Assembly (NCBI RefSeq): GCF_006345805.1
Contig: NC_043005.1
Location: 63,736,001-63,800,000, forward strand
Direction of reading: 5' to 3'
Source of the DNA: Octopus sinensis
Lineage: Eukaryota
Length of the DNA: 64,000 nucleotides
A program made the position numbers and the translations under genes. Under the pieces are notes generated by a model. It saw only the letters and a program-made list of their open reading frames with translations, did no database searches and had not been told where the DNA came from. Positions 37,701-51,068 of the stretch are shown here, piece by piece (position 1 is the first letter of the stretch; every line of letters begins with the position of its first letter).

Positions 37701-40700
37701 GCAATAGAGTGGACCTCGCTAAAGACACATAAAAGCGATGTGCCGATGTTAAACTGCGTATCCGATTAGGTGTGCCACCCACTCAATCAGTTACATGAGT
37801 AGATGTGAACAACTCAAGCATTATCAAACAGTATATATTTGTTTTGCTGTACATAGTTGTTTTTCTACAACTTCTCATTGTACAACCACTTCCCGTAAGA
37901 TAGGAAAGTTGGCTTGATGTTCTTATGTCTATTTTTAGGAGTGACTAGCAATATAGTTACGAATAAAAATTCTATTTTGTTTTTCTTTTGTATATACTTT
38001 GAAAATAATTTATGGATATTGTTCAAAACATTTCCTATTAATTATGGTTCTATTCGATTTCTTTCATTCATCAGTCTTTGATTAGTCACTTGAAAGAGAG
38101 CCACTCATATAAGGAAATGGTTTTCTGTTTTACACTTTTACCGAAACTTCATATTCACGTATGAAAACAAAAGAAGAATTGGAGTTTAAAAGAGGATTAA
38201 AGTATAGAGAATACGGTTGATCAGATATTTTATAGACATAACAAGAAATCTGATCAGACCAATGAAGAAAATTGAAAGAAATTACTACAGTACTTGAGGC
38301 CATAACAATGATGTATTAGAAATCTTTATGAATTTTTTTCTTTTTTACATTTTTGTATAGCATTACTGTCTTCAATTGAATCAAAACTACTTTCGTAAAA
38401 TTTGGGAGAAAATTGAATTTTTCAAAGAACTCTTAATATTCAGTAGCTAAGGATATGAAATCCATTTTCAATACAAAAATCAGGGAATAGCTTTCGCTAT
38501 AACCTTCTGCAAGTTGATTATTTATTTTCGCTTTCAGAAATCTGCAGCTGTTATGAATAAAAGAGGTATTTGTGAAACACAATGTTTTTGTATTCAACAG
38601 ATATTTTGAAGCGTTATTAAAACGCTAAAGAATCACGAATCAAACAAAATCAAAGTATGGATATTCTTTACGAAGACATTTCAATACATATCTTCGATAT
38701 AATCTCATGGTATGATTTTTTAAATGTTTTTTTTTCATTTTCAGGCTGTGTATATTATTCCAATATTTGTATGTAAAGCAAATAAAATATAATTTTACTC
38801 TTTTCGAATATCACAGTGGATTTTATGCCATAGACACAATTTTTTTACATATCTGGATCATACAGTATTGTTCATTTTGTAAAGGTGGTTTGGTGGGGCA
38901 CCATGCTAACTGCCATTTCGTAAACTAGAGATTGTTTTCGTGCAACACTAAAGTATTGTGAGCTAATGAAATTTTTGCGTATTTTGCGATCGTGATATTT
39001 CGTATAAGAACCAAATATAATACATTATTTTACTCTTTTCAAATATCACCATGGTTTGCTATCACAACGACACAACTTGTTGCGTATCTGAGGTCTATAG
39101 CATCGCATATTCTGATATTTTGGTTTTATAGTCCACTGCACCAACCGCTTTCTCCTAAACCAGAGAATATTTTCATTTAGGAATATTTCAACTAAAGCAT
39201 AGGTAGCTAATAGCCATTGAGAGTTAAATGTAACGGACAGAGCACATTGTAACACATACTGTTTGTAAATTAAGAGCTTCTTATTTATTTGATCTTCTAC
39301 TTCTCTTATTGAGCTTGTTGATGTACGGTGTTCTCAGAAATAAATTCGTAAAATACAAGCCCACGAGAAATACATTATGTGACTGTTTCAACCTGCAAGA
39401 AATACAACCAAATCTTATTCAAATTAAACTTTCTATATTAAAAAAAGGAACGTCACATTGGGTAAAGTAATGTAGTGCCCTGAAATAAATGGAATGGTCA
39501 CTATTGGAATGCCACTATTCATAGATCACATCGGCCATCACTGATCCAGGCTTAAACAACTGTGTGACTAACAAGGAATTTCATTTAATCTATAATATTC
39601 ACAAAGAATGATCGCCCTATGCTTTTCTGCTACGAATTTGAACGTATCAACAGATTTTGGTTTGATCAGTTTAACAAAATAAAATTTCCTTCTGATAGAA
39701 TAATTTACACGAATACAAGAAGATTGCATTTCTTCTATCAATTCCAATACAATGGAAGCCAGTACTTTCCAAAAGCTGACTAACTGACAATGATTACAAT
39801 TTCCCAACAAAAATTACTGACATAACTCAAGTTCAATAATTTACAAACTGGAACACAACAGGAACAATTCTGTGGATTCAGCTTTTTAGGGAATGTATTA
39901 TTTATACTTGAGTAAGTCCACTCTTTGCTTATACATTGATAAAAAGAAACTCATCGTATCGTCTAAGACTTTTATAGTTTATATACTTTGTATAATTTCG
40001 TTCTTTCCATTATATATTATATCACATTGATTCGACATGACAGTTGTATTATAAGGTACGTTTTTGAGGAATGCTCAGTCAAGAACACGTTAATTTCCTC
40101 AGTGGTAATATTCAGTTCATTGAACATCGTCCAAACCGACGAAGAAACCACCTTTTCTTTATTTTCGTCTATTAAATTATTTCACCGAATAAAGGAGTGA
40201 GTTATTGTTGTTGTAGTCCTATGGTGAAAAACATTCCAGCTGTAACCATCCCGTTCTTTTTTAAAATATGTAAAAAAAAAGCACATGAAATATTTTTGGC
40301 TTTTCTTTTTCTTAGTATACGGAATGACAATATAGAGACTTTTGACTAAAATTTCTAACTTACACAATGACGACATGGAGGGCTCGCTTTGCAACGAAGA
40401 CAATGAGTTTTCAGAAACTGTCGAGCTTTACAATATTTATATTGCTTTATATTGCTTTACAATATTTATATAAATACACAGATTATATGTCCCTTTTCCC
40501 TCTATTTTGAGTTCATCCCTCACTGGCTTATCTTGCCTTTCCTCTTGTGTGATTTTGATAAAGAAGGCAAACAAGTTGTGTAAGCAACCAATTGTATTGT
40601 ACTTATTATATATAAATTATTGTTTGAATGAACAACGATTCGGTTTTAACTCCTATTTTTAATGAACTTTGGCATTTTTCAAGCTTTCCAAGACAAGTAA

Positions 40701-43700
40701 TCGAAATAGAGAAGGTTGTCATCAGACGGAAGAGCTCGCCAAATAGAAGTAATAGAGTGAAATCAGCTAAAAGGAACTAAACGTGCAGACATATTATGTC
40801 TTAACACAAAGAGCAGAACCGTGGGATTTTCACTCGGTTTCCAGCACCCAAATTTCATTCCCAAGACTTAAGTTAACCTGAGGCTTTGGTAGACGAGTGA
40901 AGTGAGAATCGTGGGACTGAGAGGCAAACGTCTGAAACATAACACTGCTCCCGTTTTAACGACACAGTTATTACTGCGTTCGTAATTAGTTAAAGGAAGA
41001 ATATTCTACGATGGCATCTTCCATATCACAATTTCCACGTGCTTCCCTGGCCATTGACGAGATTTGAATCTGAGCTTAAAAAGCTGGAACAAATACCGCA
41101 AGATATCTAGACGGACATTCTTGTGCTTCCGCTATTCTACCGCCGAAATTGATAATTTGAAATCGGAGCAGAGAGATTTAGGTTAAACATTGTAAGGTAT
41201 GCTATGCAAAGCTCTAGCGATTCGGCTCCTTCGGTGCTTATATTTGCTATAAACATCAGAATTTCCGTCATCTCTCGTTATTTGAACTTATATGTTCTTA
41301 CTAATCGTTCGTACTGTCGATCAAGAAAGTTAAAATACATCAAGGCATGTATCTGTTGTCGTTATTGTTGATTTTTTCGTTCTGCAGTCGGCCCCGACTG
41401 AGCAGATTTAGAAATCATGCTTTCCAGTATGACTATTACATTTTTTCTTTCATAAAGTGTACAATTTACTTTAGTTTATGAAAGGTGTGATTTGAATAAA
41501 TTTGGTTGTTATTTCTAGGATTCCAAATGAGTAGGTAGAAGTTCCCCAGTTGGCTCATTCGTATTGCAGCCGATACTGTTTGTGCATCACAAATCAAGAA
41601 ATTGCATTCATAGCATTCGGTCTTTGCGTCTCTACTGAATTAAATAGTTTCTCCCAATTTACTAAAATGGATGTCAGGTTAGTATCATTTGAACCAGGAA
41701 TTATCTCAGAAAACTGTTTCAATGCATATTCCAAGTGGATGATAAAAGCCTATATTTTGTTTCTTAAATTTTATCATTATGTCTTAAGACTGAATTTATT
41801 GACACTAATTATAAATTCTATTTCTGAGAATAGGAATTAATTTAAATCTAACATTTAGTCGAATCTAAAATCAATTTGAGATGATGACATTGTCAGCTTC
41901 ACCGTTGACAACGAACGCAGGTATCCAGACAAAAACATGGCGATACATTTACTTTAAAAAATTGAATACGATATTAAAAAATGTTATTTTTTTATCTAAA
42001 TATTCTAACAACGGATTTTGATATTTTTTTTAAATCGAAAGTAGAATATTGTAACAAAAATTCAAATGTGTGTTGCATAGTTACCATTCATTCTCAGATA
42101 ATTGTTCTAATAATAATCACTTTTAAGCAATCGTCATATGTTGAATACTTTCAAAATTTAGAATTATTCAGTTGCAAACCAAAAGGTCATTCCAGATTAA
42201 GAATCTATATCTGTTCACCAAGGATAATGTTTTCAGCAACACTGACATTTTTTTTAAATTTCTTTATTTATTTATACTTTATTTATTTGCCTCATTCTCA
42301 GCTATTCTACTTTATCAAATCGCTTCTTATGCATCTCCTTCCAGTTTCTCACATATCTGCTGATACTGTTTTCTTCAATCTGTCATCAACTAGAATTAGT
42401 AAATAATGAGAGACGGATGGATAACTAGAATACATATATATATGTTTCATGTATTCATGTATGTATGTATGTATGTATGTATGTATGTATGTATGTATGT
42501 ATGTATGTGTGTATGTAAGTATGCACGTATGTATGTATTTATTATGTATGTATGTATGTATATATAACTTTGGCTATTCAGAAAGTTGGCGACATAAAGA
42601 GAACGGCAAGTAATATTAATAGGATCAATCAGAATAGAAACAAAACTATTATTAGATTTGATTTATTGATAACTAATATATTACTAAAATACTCTAATGA
42701 GACTTGGGAAATATCTTGTTCTGCTATCTTTCTTGTAAGTTTAGTTACTCTTATTGTGACATAACTTCAACTGAAATATACAGCTAACATTGAAAATATT
42801 CTACTAGCACACTGATACGATATCTATCAAACCAAACGAACCAATACTAACCCATTGCCATCACACTGCCATATCAAGAGCCAACCATGAATTCTCTATT
42901 CTACAGCTATCGTCAGTGCTATGAGTAAAAGTACCTCACTCCTGTAAACTATGCAAAGACATGAGTATTGTAAAATTAGCTGTTTTGATTCTGGTTCATT
43001 ATCGATATTTTATGAAAGCAGCAAGTTTGAAAAGTTGGACTGCATTCTACATAGTGGACTATGTGAAGCTTTACACACTTTCACATGGTTACATATTCTA
43101 GTATCTCCCCACAGCTTGATTCATAATACGTTTCATAAACCATGAGTATGTTATGGAATACTCTGTAACAGCAATCTGGTAGTTACAGTAGACAAGTGTT
43201 ACACTCCTGCTGAGAAGAAATATATTTTTCATTCTTATAGGGCATAAGTTATTGATTTTTAACTTGAGCAAAAACAAAAAATAATTCAAACAAACAACAC
43301 GAATGCGTTTGAAAAAATTTTATAATCGATCGAATCGATCCAGTTGCGTCACTATATTCTATCAAACGAGAGAGGTGAAAGCGAAAATAACCCACAGCGT
43401 TAATCTGGCTCTCTACCGTTACTACAGTTATGTTACTGACTGGTTTTCTGGTGAGGAAATATACAACGCTCAGTAGTGTTAACTGCTGCGAACAGCACAA
43501 CACTGAATCTTATTCAGGTTTATGGGTAATGAATGTATTGTAGTGCGTTTCATGAAGCAGTATATTTTTGATAAGAAATTTACGAAAAAATATCCATGGT
43601 CTACAAATCTTTCCTAAACAGTTGTAAAACTGAATAAACTGCCGACGCGGCCAAATACTTACTTCCACAGATCATACTACACTTCAAGTAGCTAACTTGC

Positions 43701-44744
43701 TTCATGTACCCTTGTGCTAAACGTATAAGTGGCAAACTTTCTCATGGATTGGATCCGTGATTCGTTAACATGATTTATAGATCCTTACCAATAGGAAAAA
43801 ATATAAATTGAATGGAAGATGCAGAATAAAACAGCACTTTATTAAGTTACATTACAAAACTTTTAAAGAGGATACGATCACCTAAAACATGACTTAGTAC
43901 GCTATTATTTCACTTGAGCTGATTACCGTATAACATACAAGTCAACAAAGCCATTTCTATGTCAAGGCTTGAGTCTTGTTCACCCACAATCATTTAGAAT
44001 CAAGGAAGCATAGATTTAATTCCTAGATCTGATGATAGTTTACCGCATAAATGGGCGGAAGTTGACTAATTTTGAGACTTATGACATGGCTTCGGTGAAG
44101 CATTGTGGAACATAAAATGGAAGGCATTTTAAAAATCAGCCGTCAAAAACTAAGAAACATTAAATCAAATGTAATCACAAGATTTTGAGGAGACTGGAAG
44201 AGGTTTATGTCGACTTCAATTTCGTAAAACGTAATACATAACTTATGTTGACGTCGTAAGAAGGATTGACTCCCAATGTATAAAATAAAACCAGTTGTTA
44301 ATTGTGTATGTCATTTTAAGCAAACGCAATGCAGTTTCCGAGGTAAACACGAAATGTCTTAAATCATAAACCTTCGCAACGTTAGTTGCTTCATATGAAG
44401 ATATAATAACCGTAGACAGAAATGTGAATAGAATGTTTAAAGAATCATGTCAGGCAAGAATATTTATATAAACACACGAACACGCACACACACATATCTA
44501 TCAATATACATATATCACTTTTTAAAGTTATCTCTACAGACTTTCTATAGGTATTAGAGCAAGCACTGTAAGTTACGCTATTTCGCATATGAATACGTCT
44601 ATATAAATAAAAGATAGAAAATGAAGTAATGTGTAACACAGTCACTGGTGTTATGTTCCACCCCCCACCCCCCGCGGTAGGTGAAAATCCAAGAAATAGA
44701 AATAGTATTGTATATCTTTTAATATTTTTATAATTTGTATATAA

Positions 44745-44830
44745 TTTATTACGGAGCAATCGACGTAAGCTTAAATAATAAAGTGCGATAAGTGAACTGC
44801 GATAGGTGAACCGCGATATGGCGAGGGATT
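44745..44830 (-). mobile_element. Possible pogo/Tigger-type terminal inverted repeat remnant
   Basis: Reverse complement TAATCCCTCGCCATATCGCGGTTCACCTATCGC resembles Tigger-like TIRs. No partner end located. Confidence 0.35.
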
Positions 44831-44910
44831 ATTATATACAATTATGTTACACTGCTAAATTTTGTGGCCACTTAAACAATGTGTTCGTGGTTGGTTAATG
44901 GGTTGTATAT

Positions 44911-44955
44911 GGCGCTGAAGAAGGAGCAAGAACTCCTAAAATATGCATATACACT
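44911..44955 (+). ncRNA. Decayed minimal hammerhead ribozyme
   Basis: GGCG-CTGAAGA-AGGAG(caagaa)CTCCT-AAAA-TATGCATA-TA-CACT. G12 is changed to A, ATATGCATAT is a palindrome, and stem I has one mismatch. Confidence 0.55.
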
Positions 44956-45239
44956 CATTACCTATTTTTGCGTCTTCGATCGCATTATGTACATAGACGT
45001 ATTCGTATATGGAACTATGTAGCTTTCAGAGGTGGCTCTAATTTCTGTAGAAAATATCTGAAGATAACTTTAAAACGCGATTTAAACGCACTGCTAACAC
45101 AGGTAGGTCACAATATTGATTAAAAAGCTTTTAATATGTTTGGTAGTATATTATGGTCGCATAAGAAAATACAATGTCCCTACCAGTGATTAATACACTC
45201 CCATATGTGTGTGTTTGTATACATATATATGTGTGTGTG

Positions 45240-45277
<38 letters not shown>

Positions 45278-45599
45278 GAGTTAAATGTGTCCATTACTCT
45301 TTTCATTTCCTTTGTTTCGTTATTACCATCGTTTAAAATTATACATAAACAGTAGTAGGGGTCTAGATTGAATTCTTTATCTTCACTTTCTATATGTCCT
45401 GACAACAAACTAAATCGAAGCGCATCTATCTTCGTATATATCGCCGTTGTTGCTGTCTTATTCTTCTTCTAATCAGGACTCACGCCATTACCCACAAAGA
45501 ATAATCTCTGATTCGAGCCTACTCTAAGCTACTAAGAATGTATATGTCACCTTGAAGATCCACACACCACACGCGATAGACTGGCGGTTGTACGGGCTC

Positions 45600-46078
45600 G
45601 AAAACTATGTTGTTATCCTCATTCCGTAAACGGTGGCTTTTAACGGGTGGAGAGCTGAACCATCCTGGGGTACAGAGGATTCGCAACATAGACTAGGGTC
45701 TGAAAGTTTACCACACCATAGTGGGTTACACCATGGTTCCTCAGCTTTGTTGCAGAAGTAGGAGGAAAGAGTGAGAGAAAGTTGTGGTGAAAGAGTACAG
45801 CGGAGTTCACCCCCCCCCCGCTGGAGCCCCGTGGAGCACCTAAGCTCCACGGGGCTCCAGCGGGGGGGGGGGGGAACTCCGCTGTACTCTTTCACCACAA
45901 CTTTCTCTCACTCTTTCCTCCTACTTCTGCAACAAAGCTGAGGAACCATGGTGTAACCCACTATGGTGTGGTAAGCTTTTGCTCAATAAACACCCACAAT
46001 GCCTGATCGGGGAATCGAAACCGCGTTCTTACGACTGCGAGTCCGCTGCCCTAACCACTGGGCCATTACGCCTCCACC
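45600..46078 (-). mobile_element. SINE family A carrying an internal fold-back inverted duplication
   Basis: A- and B-box head at about 46010-46078. Arms 45708-45837 and 45844-45974 are reverse complements apart from the poly-C/G tract. Loop ACCTAA. Confidence 0.85.
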
Positions 46079-46816
46079 GTTGTTGCTGTTGTTACTATTG
46101 TAGTTGTTGTCGGAGTTGATATTGATGTTTTGCCTCAGGTCAGTCCGCCGGACTGAGCAGACTTTTGACCAAAGGGTATTCAATAGCAACAGTATCTAAC
46201 ATGTTCGCTTTTTGTTGTTCTTTATGACTGCAGTTTGTGAGCTGAGGTATGTGGATCTGATTCATATTTCTGGCCTTTCATGCAACCACGAAAAGACTCT
46301 TTCATTGTTTCAAATTTTTCAAGGTTCATAAAATATTTACCAACCAGCGTTATAGCTGCTACATCGATTAAACCAACTACATCGCATCAGTACAAATTTT
46401 TGACCTTGTACTAACATAAAAAATAATTTCTTTGAAATATCACATATTATGAAATTGGTCAAACACTCAGCAGAACCTGAATTCTTACCTCTGTTCTTTC
46501 ACCTAGTAATCAATAATGTCTGCCAGTTGACGTGTTCTTTTCTCTCTACTGTATTGTTCGTTCCTTTATATGTTGGCGTAGTCAAATTTAGCAATCGCTC
46601 TCTTTATCTCCTACTATTGAAACTATAACTTCATCCATCATACTGTCTTCGAACAGAGATTCGCATATATGTCATGACACCATCAGCCAAAATAATTTCA
46701 TCAACATGAAACACATACACATTTGTCTTCTATCTTCCTCTTTATGTGTGTCTGTCTCTCTCTGTCTTTCTGTGTGTTTTTATTTACTCTCTATATACGA
46801 ACATATATATGTATAT

Positions 46817-46861
<45 letters not shown>

Positions 46862-46890
46862 GTATGTATATATATATATATATATATATA

Positions 46891-46933
<43 letters not shown>

Positions 46934-47891
46934 TCACACACACGCACACACACGTATGCATATACACACGCATATATGAATGTGTACATATATAAACATA
47001 TAAACATATACATATATATATATGTGTGTGTATGTATGTTATATTTATATTTATATATATATTTACACACACACACATATGTATGTATATACACCTATTT
47101 ACAAACAAGTGTTCATTTAGCTATTCAGACAAGCACCCCCCCCACACACACACACACTGATATTGATGATCAGACAGAAATACCTATACACATATTTATC
47201 CAACGCGATATGTATGTTTAAACAGTCAATGTACGTATCTCTCGCCCAAAGAAACTTATACGTTTATATACAAACCGATATATACATATATGTACGCATA
47301 CACATCCGTATAAAAAACTAACAGAAACAAACAGGAAATTGATATCATAAGTGCTCACATATGCATACACTCGAAACAAACACACATATACAAACAGAAA
47401 TATATACACATGACCATTATTAAATGAAATATTTACATTTATTTACGTAAACTGGTTACTTACAAGATCATAAGACATTTTCGCTGCAAGCAAAACTATT
47501 ACACATATACACACGAATACATAAATGGATACATATGTGTACACGCGGAGGGGGTATGTTCATGTGTAAGCATTTATATGTATGTACATATTCAGCTACA
47601 GCAATAAAACCAAACTGGAAAAAGAAAATGTCCCCCCTAAAAGAACACCATTCATGCCCTCGTGATATGAATTTCAATGTGAAGATATTAAAAACAAATT
47701 GTGTCTGGGAATCTAATATCCTCCCAAGATCTACTACCTAGAAACAATTTGAATTTTATCGATCTCCAAGGCATTTGAAATAACACACAGCTGAATTCGT
47801 GCGCTTCATGCATTTAGCTCTGAGCCGTCTTAAGGTATGGGCACACTGAGAAACCATATTGCCCAACCATATTGTACGTCTGTTCTGTTGC

Positions 47892-48025
<134 letters not shown>

Positions 48026-49022
48026 ATATATATATATATTTTATTATGTATATGTTATGTATGCATGTATTTGTCTATCTATGTATGTGTGAATGTTTAA
48101 GATCCCTTTGTTTTTTGTTTTATTTGGTATGTTGAATTGACAGATTTTATTGGGTATTGTCTGTTATAATAAAGTACACACACCCATAACAAATATAAGT
48201 GCCCACTTCATTCGATGTACCTGGAATTGCATGTGAGCCTTGGTATATACACTAACGGCCACTCCCGCCCCACATGGATAAATAAACACATACATCCCCA
48301 AAAATGGGCGTAATCCCATTCACACCAATTATATTATACATTATAACACACTAGAATAATACATAACTAACCCAAATATACAGTACATACTAAAAATCAC
48401 CAACTAACCACTATCACAAATGAAACCCACACCCATACAATGACAAAATTCCCCCCTCTATACCCAATTTACACCCACATAGTAATCCCAATATATTCAT
48501 CCATATATGGACGCAAGTGCGTGAAGCACATGCACACAATTAATACGTACAACCCCCTAATACACACTTATATAAATACGTATTAAGCTCGACATCCACA
48601 GTGATAAGATTACACCCACTCACACCCAGATGGGTGAATTGCACAACCAGGGAACGCACACACACACGTGTGCGTTTTTTGATTGTGCAATTCGCCCATA
48701 TGCATGTATGCGGGCGCGATTACATTGTTGCATATATCGAGCCCAAATAGCATGCATATGTACATGTGAGGGGTACACGCAAATGACGTGCGCATGTACC
48801 CCCTGCATTTATACCCGTGCGTAATATACACATGGAGACTACCACACAGGTACAAATGTGTATAGTAATGGGAGCCCCATCACCACACTCAATGTATACT
48901 CTCACCCATCCGCACGGATGTGTAAGTGTATCTCCGGTGTATATGTTGAGGCTTATTAGTAGCGTAGGGTGTGGAGGTGAATGTTGTTGAAATTGTAATG
49001 AATGGGTGGAGTTGGGAATTGT

Positions 49023-51068
49023 AACCGGGTGGTGGACTAGCGTTGCTTGGAATTGGGAATTGATTAGTGTGGTAGTGAGGTAGGAATCGGAAAGGTTTGG
49101 GTTGCTGTAGGTTGTTTGTTAGAGCTGCTAGGGTGAGCTAAAGCTCATAAATGTATATATTGATTTTTCATGGTAGTTTGTTAAAGAATCCATTCATTTT
49201 AAATTTTTTTACGTAGTGTTGGTTTGCTACGTGGATATAGTTTTTAGTTCCATTTATTCTATTTCTCCATTCATAATTTAAATGACGTATAATTTCTATG
49301 GCGCGTATTCTCTCTTTTTTTTTTTTTTTTTTTTTACATAAGTTATTTTATGGTAACGTAATTTTGGTTTGGTTTTTTTAACGGCTAAGAATTTAATTTC
49401 ACTTCATTATTTGAAATTGACTTGTAGTATGTATTTTATTTATCCTTATGTCATATTGTTATTTTGATATTCTGGTTAATTACGATGTATTTAATGTTGT
49501 TTTCATAGGAGTGTTTATGTATATGAGATTGTGTGTGAGTTTTTAGTTGTATATTTTATTTATCTGTATGAGTGTGGGTGTGTAAATATTGTTGTATATA
49601 TCGAGTTTAGTGAGTATATATATGAGTATATGTGAGGGAGTATATGTATCTGTTGTGTGTGTGTGTGTTTTTTGTGTGTGTGTGGGTTTGTGTGTGAATG
49701 TGTATATGGGTTTGTTATTTAGGTTTTGGGATGTTTGTGTTAATTTGTCTGTGTGGGGAGGGTGGATGGGTTTTGGTGTATATTGAGGTTTATAAATTAG
49801 GATAGGTATGTGTATAAGTCGTGGGTCTGTGGTTTACGAGTGTGTATTTGTGTGTGAATGTTTAGGTTTAGGGGGATTACTATATAGGTTTGTTATAGAG
49901 TTTAGCAAAGGGAGATTTTATCGTTATATGTTTTTATGAGTTTTGGTTTATCATGGTTATTTTAGAGGTGGTAATTTGTCTATTTTCGATGTTGGTTGTT
50001 TTATTACATTGTTTCATTCATAATTTTTGAGTGGTGTTCGTTTTGCCACGTGAATAACCGGGTGGTGGACTAGCGTTGCTTGGAATTGTGAATGGATAGT
50101 GTAGTAGTGAGGTAGGCATAGAGAATGGGTTGGGTTCTGCAAGTTGTTTGTTAGAGCTGCTAAGGTGAGCTAAAGCTCATAGATGTATATAATGATTTTT
50201 CATGGTAGTTTTTTAAAGAATCCATTCATAATAAATTTTTTTAAGTAGTGTTGGTTTGCCACGTGGATATAGTTTTTAGTTCCATTTTTCTATTTCTCCT
50301 TTCATAATTTAAATGACGTTTACTTTCCATGACGCGTATTCTTTTTTTACATAAGTTATTTCTATGGTAACGTAATTTTGGTTTGATTTTTTTAACGGCT
50401 AAGAATTTAATTTCACTTCATAATTTGACACTGAATTGTAAGTATGTTTTTTATTTATCCTTATGTCATATTGTTATTTTTGATATTCTGGTTAATTAAG
50501 ATGTATTTAATGTTGTTTTCATAGGAGTGTTTATGTATATGAGATTGTGTGCGAGTTTTTAGTTGTATAATTTATTTATCTGTATGAGTGTGGGTGTGTA
50601 AATATTGTTGTATATATTGAGTTTAGTGAGTATGTATATGCGTATATGTGAGGGAGTATATGTATCTGTTGTGTGTGTGTGTTTTGCGTGTGTGTGTGTT
50701 TGTGTGTGAATGTGTATATGGGTTTGTTATTTAGGTTTTGGGATGTATGAGTTAATTTGTCTGTGTGGAGGGAGGGGTTTTGGTGTATATGGAGGTTTAT
50801 AAGTTAGTTTAGGTATGTGTATAAGTAGTGGGTCTGTGGTTTACGTGTGTGTTTGTGTGTGAATGTTTAGGTTTGGGGGATTACTATATAGGTTTGTTAT
50901 AGAGTTTAGCAAAGGGAGATTTTATCGTTATATGTTTTTTTAAGAGTTTTGGTTTATCATGGTTTTTTTTTTAGGGAATTCGTAGTAATTTGTCTTTTTT
51001 CGATGTTGGTTGTTTTATTATATTGTTTCATTCATAATTTTTGAGTGGTGTTCGTTTTGCCACGTGAA
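49023..51068 (+). repeat. Tandem duplication of an about 1.03-kb G/T-rich unit, with further partial copies to about 51830
   Basis: AACCGGGTGGTGGACTAGCGTTGCTTGGAATTG begins at 49023 and 50056. The second half of the unit recurs at about 51410-51830. Confidence 0.9.

Noticed and set aside
40670-40730. Minus-strand CTGATGA-CAA...TTG-GAAA-GCTT hammerhead-like string
   Set aside because: Stem I does not pair and stem II is only 3 bp around a long loop, which is compatible with chance.
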